DNA of 64,000 nucleotides from a virus: IMG/VR virus record IMGVR_UViG_3300045988_136394, positions 49,940 to 113,939 of that record; one strand, 5' to 3'. Shown piece by piece: positions 30,810 to 38,753 of this stretch (position 1 is its first letter; each line of letters starts with the position of its first letter). The notes under the pieces were generated by a model. It saw only the letters and a program-made list of their open reading frames with translations, ran no database searches and was not told where the DNA came from. The position numbers and the translations under genes were made by a program.

Positions 30810-31424
30810 TTAATCGTTTAATCTAAATGGATTGATATGAAAAGCGATCATAGATTGCCCCGCAGTCCCCTTGAATTTCCAGCCTAAATAAATTCGCAGA
30901 TAAAACCATTTGCAATATTTTTTTGTGTAAAATATGCTCCATGTTTTATTTAAAAATATTCGATTATCGTTAACGACAGCGATATAGCATTTGTCGTTTT
31001 CAGCATAGTTATAGTCAACGTATGTTTTTACCTTATCAGCTAATACATAACGCCCGCAAACCTCATAAGAAAAGCCATAAGCAGTATTTCTGTAAAGCCA
31101 AACATTGCGGCAAATATAACGCTGAATTTTTTCCCATATAGTAAAATTCGGGTCTAATATCTCTACGTATCCCGGCTTCATGGCGTATTTATTTTTGAAT
31201 TCAGGGGTGTATTTATAATGCTTGTCAAAGTCATATCTAAACAGCTTTGGAACGCCGCTGTTAATTGTATGCGGTATGTCGATACAATTATCGTAAGTCT
31301 GCCACCAGCGCAGAGGATATGGAAGTTCTCCGTGTTCGTTTGAGAATAATATTACAACTGGATTAGTTACATAGCATATCAATGTAAACATGATATCTAA
31401 TATTAGATAAAAAATGTAAGTCAT
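30810..31424 (-). CDS. AT-rich accessory gene (moron) encoding an aromatic-rich protein with an N-terminal transmembrane helix
   Basis: 204 aa inserted between the W and J genes. GC content is visibly lower than the flanking genes. The protein is rich in W, Y, C and K. Confidence 0.4.
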   Translation of the reverse strand: MTYIFYLILDIMFTLICYVTNPVVILFSNEHGELPYPLRWWQTYDNCIDIPHTINSGVPKLFRYDFDKHYKYTPEFKNKYAMKPGYVEILDPNFTIWEKIQRYICRNVWLYRNTAYGFSYEVCGRYVLADKVKTYVDYNYAENDKCYIAVVNDNRIFLNKTWSIFYTKKYCKWFYLRIYLGWKFKGTAGQSMIAFHINPFRLND

Positions 31425-31435
31425 GTTTTCGCTCC

Positions 31436-32164
31436 TTAAAAATCAATTTGAACGTTTTCGCTTTCCAATACTGTCGCTTGCACTTCACCGCCCATGACAC
31501 GCCCGCTTTCATCAAATGTTAAGTCAACTTCTGCTCCTGTTACTCCGTTCACGTTCAGAACGGTTTCACGTATGCGAGTTCGCAGGATAGGGGCGGCAAT
31601 CGCAGGGGCTTTGCCCAGCTCGATTTCAAAATGTGGAATCCCGCGCGTTTGTGCTAAATAAGCGTCGTTTTTGAACAGCCTGACTGCGTTCGCCGCATTC
31701 TGTGCTATAGCATATGCGCCGGATACTAACGCTATCTGTCCGCTTGCGTCACTAAATATATCCCACTTGTCATTAAGGTATAGCGTACGCCCTATATCGC
31801 CGGGCGTAAAATACGGGTTCATTTCAATTCCATATTTACCTGTGACGTAAATAGGTTCTTGGATATTGGGCGGCTTTGGCGGTTTCGGTTTATCTTTAGC
31901 TTTAACTTCAATCTGATACGTATTATCAATATCTATTGAGCCTGTAAGTGGTTCAAACGTGTATATCTGCGTTATAGGTTGTAAGTCAACTCCCACAACG
32001 CGCATTGTTTCGCCTTTGATATAGCTGCTTTCATCAGATTTAGACGTAACATAACCTTTTATAGTCGGATATGCTTCGTCTGCTCTGTTTTGCGCTGCTG
32101 ACGAAAAATCCGCTTCGTTTGGGCTGGACGTAACAAACGCTTTTAATTCAACAACTTCTGCCAT
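31436..32164 (-). CDS. Baseplate wedge protein W, gp25-like, with an N-terminal extension
   Basis: The C-terminal half resembles gp25/GPW (..AIAQNAANAVRLFKNDAYLAQTRGIPHFEIE..). Confidence 0.5.
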   Translation of the reverse strand: MAEVVELKAFVTSSPNEADFSSAAQNRADEAYPTIKGYVTSKSDESSYIKGETMRVVGVDLQPITQIYTFEPLTGSIDIDNTYQIEVKAKDKPKPPKPPNIQEPIYVTGKYGIEMNPYFTPGDIGRTLYLNDKWDIFSDASGQIALVSGAYAIAQNAANAVRLFKNDAYLAQTRGIPHFEIELGKAPAIAAPILRTRIRETVLNVNGVTGAEVDLTFDESGRVMGGEVQATVLESENVQIDF

Positions 32165-32175
32165 GTTTACACCCC

Positions 32176-32358
32176 CTAACTTTTTCTAAAATAACTGGTT
32201 TCTTGTGTTTTAGAGTTTTTTTGTGACTTCTTATTCATTCTTTCGTATATTTTAGGCAAGCATTCTTTACATATATAATAAGTCTTATGATATGCGGGCA
32301 TTTCAAAAGCCCACTCAATAGGCTTTATCTTACCGCACGAAGTACATTGATGTATCAT
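32176..32358 (-). CDS. Small zinc-ribbon protein
   Basis: CTSCG...CKEC. Confidence 0.3.
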   Translation of the reverse strand: MIHQCTSCGKIKPIEWAFEMPAYHKTYYICKECLPKIYERMNKKSQKNSKTQETSYFRKS

Positions 32359-32359
32359 T

Positions 32360-32542
32360 TTAGCAATTCCCCTTTTTTAGCGCAGCTTCAACCTCTTTGA
32401 TATGTAACTGGTTTTCGTTTCGGATTTCTAAAACGGATAATTTAGTAATGCAATCTATACATATACCGAATTTGTTATTAAAGTAGTAGTAACCAGTAAG
32501 CAAAGGCTTATTGCAGCGGCAGCAAATTCTATCTATATCCAT
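32360..32542 (-). CDS. Small Cys-rich protein
   Basis: CCRCN...CIDC. Start taken at the ATG with an AGGTG Shine-Dalgarno, not the TTG used by the ORF track. Confidence 0.3.
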   Translation of the reverse strand: MDIDRICCRCNKPLLTGYYYFNNKFGICIDCITKLSVLEIRNENQLHIKEVEAALKKGNC

Positions 32543-32577
32543 TTTATCACACCTTAACTTTTGATATTTAAATTGAA

Positions 32578-32881
32578 TCAAGTAATATTAAGTAATCTAC
32601 ATTCGCATGAAAAACAGTATCTTCTAATATTGGCAAAAACCTATCATCTTGCACTGTTATTTCATATACCGTTTCCGCATACAAATTCACAGGAACGCCA
32701 ACGGTAGAATTTACTTTTGCATAGTAAGTTAATTCTTCTGTTTTAAAATCTGATATCTTAAAAGTTACAGGTAGGTCTATAATTCCCGGCTGATAATCAG
32801 GGCATTTCAGATAAAAATTTATAGTTACTACAGCGGGTATGTCCCCCCCGAATTTGCAATTAATACCCTGCGGCTAAACAT
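32578..32881 (-). pseudogene. Third MF(N/S)RR(L/V)L...SGG family gene, interrupted in a G7 (plus-strand C7) tract
   Basis: ATG at 32881 reads MFSRRVLIANSGGTYPL and then stops. Adding one G in the tract at 32843-32849 gives a 101 aa ORF, MFSRRVLIANSGGDIPAVV..., matching the paralogue 39858..40343. Confidence 0.5.
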
Positions 32882-33399
32882 TAGCTTGTCAACTCCGTTT
32901 CAGTAAAGCTAAAATTTAATAAATTCTGCGGGTATAAATTGCCTACTTGTGCGCCGGGCTTTATTGCTACAATAAAAAACAAACAGCTATTTACAGAGGT
33001 TATTTTATTTGTAGAATTTATAGCAAGAGGACTGTTTGGCGATATCGCAGCGTATATATTACTTCCGTCTAAAGCCTGCAAGAGTGCTGTTTTATCTTGA
33101 AACAATACTGGTCTAACTTGGCTTTGCTGTGTTCCTATCGCGGATATAATAATCGTTCTGGACTGATACCCCGCTGTTAATGTTCCGCTAGATATTTCAA
33201 AGCCTGCCTCTGTTCTTAAATATAACGGGAATCCGATTAAAGGGCAAAAATTCGCAACACCTACTTTTGAGGTTGGGTACGAGATGATATCTGTAAATGT
33301 ATTTACAGTGCCTAAATTAAAAGGAGTGCTTATGTCGATTTCTTCCCCGTCTGCTGCTCCTATGTTGCCGCCAGTATACCAATGTAAATGATTAGCCAT
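32881..33399 (-). CDS. Hypothetical protein, paralogue P3 of the triplet
   Basis: N-terminus ..WYTGGNIGAADGEEIDIS.. aligns with P1 and P2. Confidence 0.4.
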   Translation of the reverse strand: MANHLHWYTGGNIGAADGEEIDISTPFNLGTVNTFTDIISYPTSKVGVANFCPLIGFPLYLRTEAGFEISSGTLTAGYQSRTIIISAIGTQQSQVRPVLFQDKTALLQALDGSNIYAAISPNSPLAINSTNKITSVNSCLFFIVAIKPGAQVGNLYPQNLLNFSFTETELTS

Positions 33400-33415
33400 T
33401 GTTCGAACTCCCTTC

Positions 33416-33820
33416 CTATTCGATTGTTTTTCGCAAATCTATAACATAAGCATAGATTTTTATAGACGTATCTACAGTAGCCCCATCACTTGCTGTTGCG
33501 TAAAAAGTAAAGGTTAATTCTTGATTGACATCCGAAACTGTTTTTAATACGGTTTCAAAATACCCCCCTGTTAAACCTATCGTTTGCGTAATTGAGTTGT
33601 TGAATGAAGTTATACGGCATTTAGTAAATTTATCGGCATTAACTCCAACTAAAACCTGTCTATAACTTTCTCCCGCGTCTGCTCTGATATACACCTTAAC
33701 GCTTTTGCTTGCTGCCGTGCTACCCGACGGGAAAAGCCCTGTAGCTGTGATAGGATTTATTGATGTAACTTCTGTACCGTCTTTTTGCCCTGTTGTCCCG
33801 TCTATATAGAATCTAATCAT
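33416..33820 (-). CDS. Hypothetical protein, paralogue P2
   Basis: N-terminus ..FYIDGTTGQKDGTEVTSI.. Confidence 0.4.
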   Translation of the reverse strand: MIRFYIDGTTGQKDGTEVTSINPITATGLFPSGSTAASKSVKVYIRADAGESYRQVLVGVNADKFTKCRITSFNNSITQTIGLTGGYFETVLKTVSDVNQELTFTFYATASDGATVDTSIKIYAYVIDLRKTIE

Positions 33821-34130
33821 TTTCTAGCCCTCTTTCTACCTTTTTTATCGCCCAATCAATAATGTTTTTTAAATCAATAAATATATTTGTGTTGCAGTCA
33901 GGTGCGCAAGACATTTCTACCTCTATCGCTGTCATACATTCATTTAACAGCTTTTCTACGACTTTTTTGTCATAAGTTATACTTAATGCCGTTTTTCTGA
34001 ATTCTTGGCAGTATATATCTAGCTTGCCTGTTATTTCTTTATCATTGTCAGGAATATCGATTTTTATCGCCTTAATATAAGCGTTGCCGCTTAACATCAA
34101 CAGTTCATCCTCGCACTTTATTATAATCAT
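33813..34130 (-). CDS. Hypothetical protein
   Basis: 105 aa, coupled to its neighbours. Confidence 0.3.
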   Translation of the reverse strand: MIIIKCEDELLMLSGNAYIKAIKIDIPDNDKEITGKLDIYCQEFRKTALSITYDKKVVEKLLNECMTAIEVEMSCAPDCNTNIFIDLKNIIDWAIKKVERGLEND

Positions 34131-34136
34131 TAAAAT

Positions 34137-34511
34137 CTACCCCTCTGTTAATACTGTTTCAATATATTTCAGCAAAAATCTGTTTAATACGGTTTGTCCG
34201 AACTCTGCCCCTTCCGGAATATTCGACCGCACATAAAACAATGTGTTTGTATCGCCGATATTCGCGAATTCTAACTTTTGACCCCACGTGTTCCCGTCTT
34301 TAGATAACTGTAACCATTCAGGGTTGCTGCCGATAACAGAAAGCGAAACGTTATAAACATTAGTCGTTAACGCCGCCCGCAGCGCATAGGCTACAATGTG
34401 TCCAAGCTCCCCTTTTTTATCTGTGTACTTCAAGATATCGCTTGTAGTGATTAGTGTTCCGTCTGTTCCGCCGGATGTAACACTGCCGTTATAAATGCTT
34501 AATTGCGCCAT
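34137..34511 (-). CDS. Hypothetical protein, paralogue P1
   Basis: N-terminus ..SIYNGSVTSGGTDGTLITTS.. Confidence 0.4.
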   Translation of the reverse strand: MAQLSIYNGSVTSGGTDGTLITTSDILKYTDKKGELGHIVAYALRAALTTNVYNVSLSVIGSNPEWLQLSKDGNTWGQKLEFANIGDTNTLFYVRSNIPEGAEFGQTVLNRFLLKYIETVLTEG

Positions 34512-34558
34512 AAATAAGCCCCCTTTTATTTTTTATTTAACTATGTTATAATTTTAGC

Positions 34559-34638
34559 GTAGCATAGTCGTAAGCCCTTATATTTTTTCATTCAACGAAC
34601 CTCTGCAAAATTGGCAATCGGAAACGGTTGCTTTTTTT
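34559..34638 (+). ncRNA. Putative small RNA unit 0
   Basis: Extended -10 promoter TGtTATAAT at 34544-34552. Terminator GCAAUCG-GAAA-CGGUUGC plus U7 at 34614-34638. Confidence 0.3.
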
Positions 34639-34662
34639 GCGCCCTGTTGATATAATTTAGAC

Positions 34663-34740
34663 ATTCACAGTCAGCGTTGATTGTTGGTAACTAAAAAGGG
34701 TCACAGAAGCGCAAATGCAACGCACATTTGCGTTTTTCTG
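34663..34740 (+). ncRNA. Putative small RNA unit 1
   Basis: Promoter TTGCTT-17-TGaTATAAT at 34628-34656. Terminator CGCAAATG/CATTTGCG plus a U-run at 34710-34740. Confidence 0.35.
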
Positions 34741-34805
34741 TTTTATATGATAAAATAAATACGGTACATATCAGTTTATCTCCCCAACGATAGGCTGATA
34801 TAGTA

Positions 34806-34829
34806 AAAAGCCCTGCGGGGCTTTTTATT
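34806..34829. terminator. Bidirectional intrinsic terminator
   Basis: AAAA-AGCCC-TGCG-GGGCT-TTTTT. Confidence 0.5.
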
Positions 34830-34868
34830 TTTGTTTACATTATACCACATGTGCGTTATAATAAATAT

Positions 34869-34957
34869 GGTACAAAATTAAACCGCCTTTTTATCATGTG
34901 ACGCAAAACAAGTTAAAAAGCAGCAGACAAAAGCAAAGTTAACGCTTTGCTTTTTCT
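34869..34957 (+). ncRNA. Putative small RNA unit 2
   Basis: Promoter TTTACA-17-TATAAT at 34834-34862. Terminator GCAAAG/CTTTGC plus U5 at 34931-34957. Confidence 0.3.
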
Positions 34958-34979
34958 GTTTTTATGCTATAATATTTAT

Positions 34980-35041
34980 GTGGCGTCAGCTCTCCTGTTG
35001 AATTAAAATAAAAGAAGCAATCATAAGAGGTTGCTTTTTTT
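34980..35041 (+). ncRNA. Putative small RNA unit 3
   Basis: Extended -10 promoter TGcTATAAT at 34965-34973. Terminator GCAAUC/GGUUGC plus U7 at 35017-35041. Confidence 0.3.
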
Positions 35042-35065
35042 GCGCCTTGTTGCTATAATTAAATA

Positions 35066-35137
35066 TGCAGAAGCTGCCCCTTCTCGCAATCCTTTTTAAA
35101 CAAAAAAACACCCTGCTTTTTAGCAGGGTGTTTTTTT
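35066..35137 (+). ncRNA. Putative small RNA unit 4, convergent with a small hydrophobic-peptide gene
   Basis: Promoter TTGCTT-17-TGcTATAAT at 35031-35059. Bidirectional terminator at 35101-35137. Confidence 0.35.
35101..35137. terminator. Bidirectional intrinsic terminator
   Basis: A7-CACCCTGC-TTTTTA-GCAGGGTG-T7. Confidence 0.6.
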
Positions 35138-35246
35138 ACTTCGTCATTTGCCCCAATCCTGCGCCGATAATTAAAAAGCAAACGCAGAAAAAAACGAAAT
35201 TCATAATTAAGCCGTTTTCTTTTAGAACGGTAAAAAACTTATCCAT
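35136..35246 (-). CDS. 36 aa hydrophobic peptide (MDKFFTVLKENGLIMNFVFFCVCFLIIGAGLGQMTK)
   Basis: Strong Shine-Dalgarno GAGAGGGGGG seven nt before the ATG. Its stop codon lies in the bidirectional terminator shared with small RNA unit 4. Confidence 0.3.
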   Translation of the reverse strand: MDKFFTVLKENGLIMNFVFFCVCFLIIGAGLGQMTK

Positions 35247-35356
35247 GATATACCCCCCTCTCTTGAACGCTGTTTAGGTTACAGCGTTTTATTTTTGCTT
35301 GTATATAGTAATTGTCCTAAAAGTATTTTGAAACGATTACAGGGCAAATATGAGCG

Positions 35357-36301
35357 TCATTCTTTTCCCGTCGACCCAAAACCGCCCTTGCGGACTTCGT
35401 TTGTATCGTCGCTGTCGCATACAGTATATTTAACAAAAATACCTTGCATAATTCGTTCGCCTTTTTTAAAACTCACGATTTCATTACTGTTATTTTGCAG
35501 GCAAATGCCTATATTGCCGTCGTTGTCGGGATTGGAAAAATAATCGGCGTCAATAATTCCTGTCCCATTCGCTAGTGTTACATGCTGTTTAATGCCTATT
35601 GAGCTGCGAATATATAGCATTAACACTTCATCATCAGGCATAAACGCTTTAACGTTTGTTGGAATAATAGCCGATATGCTGTGGGGATTTAAGCGCACAT
35701 CACAGGGTAGCACGAAGTCATAACCTGCGCTTTTTGCTGTTTTCCTTTTCGGCAGCACTGTATCGGCAGGGGCATTTTTTACGGGGTAAAATTTGCGGGA
35801 AACTTTTTCTTCTTCTAAAATTCCGAATTTTACCGGGGCTTCAAACTGATTAGAATTTTCCATGTTATCACCTTTAAATATTTCATTTATTTTGTTTTGC
35901 AAAAGTTTGCTCGGATTATCTACGATGATTTTTTCACCATTCGTTAATCTAATAATAACTTTTATCACGTTATTTTTCAAGTTTCGCGTTTCGGTAACGT
36001 TAGTTATGCTTCTTATTTGATTAATGTTTTGAATTATTTTTAAAGCTCTGTTCTCTGCTTTTATCTGCTCTCGGTAGGATTGTTTAAATTGGTTATCAAA
36101 AAAAGATTTAAAATTATTACCGCTAGATGTTTGGTCAATAACTTTTCTGATCGATATATAGTCTTTTGGTATTCGGCATTTCGTGATTATTTCCTCGGCT
36201 GCTTTTACAGCTTCTATATCACTGCTATATTTACAACATTTTCCTATCAATAAGCAACACCGCGGTTTAAGCTTGCTGTTTTGTTTAACTATTTCGCCCA
36301 T
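35357..36301 (-). CDS. dut: dUTPase with a roughly 150 aa Cys-rich N-terminal extension
   Basis: C-terminal motifs RKTAKSAGYD, GTGIIDADY and RKGGFGSTGK. N-terminus begins MGEIVKQNSKLKPRCCLLIGKCC... Confidence 0.65.
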   Translation of the reverse strand: MGEIVKQNSKLKPRCCLLIGKCCKYSSDIEAVKAAEEIITKCRIPKDYISIRKVIDQTSSGNNFKSFFDNQFKQSYREQIKAENRALKIIQNINQIRSITNVTETRNLKNNVIKVIIRLTNGEKIIVDNPSKLLQNKINEIFKGDNMENSNQFEAPVKFGILEEEKVSRKFYPVKNAPADTVLPKRKTAKSAGYDFVLPCDVRLNPHSISAIIPTNVKAFMPDDEVLMLYIRSSIGIKQHVTLANGTGIIDADYFSNPDNDGNIGICLQNNSNEIVSFKKGERIMQGIFVKYTVCDSDDTNEVRKGGFGSTGKE

Positions 36302-36538
36302 GTAATACCCTTTTTTTCGATTTCAATATAATAAAAACTCACAACTTCAACTGCCACTCAAAATATGTTTAAATATACTCAAACACATCGAGAAATTGAA
36401 GTCCTCACGAATACTTCTTACTGCTTCATTGTGTATGTTTTGACGATTGCAGGCAATACGCTACTCACAAGTTCTTGTACACTCCACAGTCGTTAATTCC
36501 CGAAATAGCCTTCGGTACATACTTACATTTGCTTTTAA
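36302..36538 (-). ncRNA. Candidate omega-RNA / right-end region of the IS607-family element, downstream of tnpB
   Basis: 237 nt non-coding stretch immediately 3' of tnpB with several hairpins, for example CCGAAGGCUAUUUCGG. Confidence 0.3.
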
Positions 36539-37702
36539 TCATGCAATCTTGTAAGTTTTAGCATCTTTTAAATTAAGTGCCGCATTGAAATCCCTGTCTG
36601 CAACATAGCCACATTCACATCTGTAAATTCTATCTGAAAGCTTTAAATTTTTCCTGATAGAACCACAATGGTGACATGTCTTTGAAGATGGATAAAATCT
36701 ATCTGCTACCCTTAATTCAATGCCTTTTTCATCACACTTGGCTTTAAGCCTTTTTCTAAATTCATAAAACTTCTGAGATGCAACAGCTTTTGAAAGACAC
36801 CTGTTTTTCATCATTCCTTTTACATTTAAATCTTCAATCGTTATGTAAGACGGTTTGGTTTTCACTATCTCAGCGATTGTCTTGTTAATGTAATCAGTAC
36901 GGATATTATCCATTTTATGATGAAGTTTTTGTACCTTAAGCTTTTGTTTCTGTATATTTGCTCTTTGAGTGGACTCTCCTTTCTTTAAATTTTCATACTT
37001 TCGGGAAAGACTTCTCTGTTCCCGGATCAGTTGTTTTTCAAGTTTCTTTAATCCTGCCGATTTGTTGATGTTCCTGTATGTCTTTCCATTTGAAATAATA
37101 GCAAAGTCTTTTAGCCCAAGGTCTATACCGATTCCCTCGTTTAAGTTATTGTTAATATTGACATCGGGAATCTCTACAAGAACAGAAACATAAAATCTGC
37201 CAGCCTTAACAGACACTGTACCACTTCTGATCATATATCCATCCTTTGTTGTTGGGATATATCCTTTTTCTTTGATACGGACCCAGCCCAGAGTTGGGAT
37301 CTTAAGTCTGTGCCTTTCGCATTGACAATCCTTTGGGTTATTTCTGACGAAATACATTTTCACATCAGATTTACCTTTCTTTTTAAATTTAGGAAAATCA
37401 CTCTGATGTTTAAAAAATCTTGTAAAAGCAGCACATCCATCTTCGATAGACTTTTTTACGGCTTTTGAATACACTTCCCTGATCCATGTTTTGTCAGGAT
37501 TATCTGGAATGTATTCGTTATTAAGCCATAGACTAAAGCTCTTACCAGTCATAAACTTTTCACCATTATCATGCAGGGCTTTGTTGTGACCAAGGTAGAA
37601 GTTATAAACATATCGGCAAGTGCCTATCGTCTTACGGATTCGGGCTTTCTGTTCTTCAGTTGGGTTGATTTCCGTCTTGAAGCTCTTTAGCAATCTCTTC
37701 AT
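36539..37702 (-). CDS. tnpB: TnpB (OrfB) RNA-guided nuclease-type transposase accessory protein
   Basis: RuvC-like IGIDLGLKDFA, ITIEDLNVKG and ADRDFNAALN motifs plus a zinc finger CHHCG...CECG. Confidence 0.85.
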   Translation of the reverse strand: MKRLLKSFKTEINPTEEQKARIRKTIGTCRYVYNFYLGHNKALHDNGEKFMTGKSFSLWLNNEYIPDNPDKTWIREVYSKAVKKSIEDGCAAFTRFFKHQSDFPKFKKKGKSDVKMYFVRNNPKDCQCERHRLKIPTLGWVRIKEKGYIPTTKDGYMIRSGTVSVKAGRFYVSVLVEIPDVNINNNLNEGIGIDLGLKDFAIISNGKTYRNINKSAGLKKLEKQLIREQRSLSRKYENLKKGESTQRANIQKQKLKVQKLHHKMDNIRTDYINKTIAEIVKTKPSYITIEDLNVKGMMKNRCLSKAVASQKFYEFRKRLKAKCDEKGIELRVADRFYPSSKTCHHCGSIRKNLKLSDRIYRCECGYVADRDFNAALNLKDAKTYKIA

Positions 37703-38303
37703 CCTTTTCTATTTGTTTTTTATACTTACGAAGTCCGTACAATCTACAGGAAAAAACATGAAGTATAGATACAATATCCTGTACAAGTTCTTCTTGCGGT
37801 GATAGTTCTTCATTGTTCACTATCACTATAGTTGTATTGAACTTCATACAGAATTTTTCAAACCAGTCATATCCAAATCTGATAAATCTGTCTTTATGTG
37901 CAACTATGATGGTTTTAATTTTTTGTTCCATTACTTCATCTAACATCTGATTCCACTTTTTGCGGTTATAGTTTAAACCACTGTCATAATCTTCAATACA
38001 TTGGTCTACAATCATTCCTCTGGCATTACAGAATTGACGTAAAAACGATACTTGATTCTGTAAATCATCCTTTTGATTTCTTGTAGAAACTCTTGCATAA
38101 ATAACAACTTGTCGAGTATCATTCTCTGTATCTATGCCTTTGAATTGAAGATATTGGTTGTAAGTATAATAACGCCTGTCAGTTGGAGTTCGATTCGCTT
38201 TTAGCGTTCCTTCCCTGTCCCAACGCTGTAATGTTTTCACAGAGACACCTAATAATTCAGCAAAATCTTTTGGTTTATAATTAGTGATATTCGATGTGTT
38301 CAT
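37656..38303 (-). CDS. tnpA: IS607-family TnpA serine recombinase with an N-terminal MerR-like HTH
   Basis: VVIYARVSTRNQKDDLQNQ catalytic serine motif and ELLGVSVKTLQRWDREG HTH. Overlaps tnpB by 47 nt. Start taken at MNTSN with a GGGGGG Shine-Dalgarno. Confidence 0.8.
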   Translation of the reverse strand: MNTSNITNYKPKDFAELLGVSVKTLQRWDREGTLKANRTPTDRRYYTYNQYLQFKGIDTENDTRQVVIYARVSTRNQKDDLQNQVSFLRQFCNARGMIVDQCIEDYDSGLNYNRKKWNQMLDEVMEQKIKTIIVAHKDRFIRFGYDWFEKFCMKFNTTIVIVNNEELSPQEELVQDIVSILHVFSCRLYGLRKYKKQIEKDEEIAKELQDGNQPN

Positions 38304-38417
38304 AGCAATACCCCCCATGAGCACATTTTAACACATTTAATCACTAATATCAATGTTATCGATTGCTTAAAAATTCTCCTTTGATATGTCACATAATTTT
38401 GTACGCTTTCAAGTTTT

Positions 38418-38678
38418 TCATCTGTTATACCTTCTATCTCTGATGATTAAATCCATATCTAGGCTATCCAGCAGCTTTATTAAATCGTTAATGTTGACAA
38501 AACCTCTTTTAAAACGGTCGTGCAATCCTGTTTCATTGATATTCATTTCTGCTGCAACTTCTTTTAAATACCTCTTGTCCCTGCGTACCAGCCTTCTGAC
38601 CCATGTTTTAAACGCTACCGGGTCAGCTAATTTCTCGGCAGCGTTCCATTCTTTCAGTGTTGGTTTTTCAAACTTCAC
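38418..38678 (-). CDS. Small HTH-like protein, GTG start
   Basis: 86 aa. It is the first gene after promoter copy B, and an 11-codon leader ORF overlaps its start. Confidence 0.35.
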   Translation of the reverse strand: MKFEKPTLKEWNAAEKLADPVAFKTWVRRLVRRDKRYLKEVAAEMNINETGLHDRFKRGFVNINDLIKLLDSLDMDLIIRDRRYNR

Positions 38679-38753
38679 TTTATCACCTGCCTACTTTTTA
38701 ATTTTTTCATAATACTGCCCCTTTATTTTGATTTTCCCTTACCTCTTGTCTAT

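Larger units (their letters stand above)
36302..38400 (-). mobile_element. IS607-family insertion sequence (tnpA serine recombinase plus tnpB)
   Basis: Overlapping tnpA and tnpB genes in about 2.1 kb, AT-rich relative to the flanks. Ends are approximate because this family lacks inverted repeats. Confidence 0.6.

Noticed and set aside
34511-35357. tRNA genes, an attP site or an integrase in the non-coding stretch
   Set aside because: No T-loop (GTTCGAATC-like) or cloverleaf-compatible segments were seen. No tyrosine-integrase ORF lies anywhere in the window. The region is explained by the promoter-terminator units.
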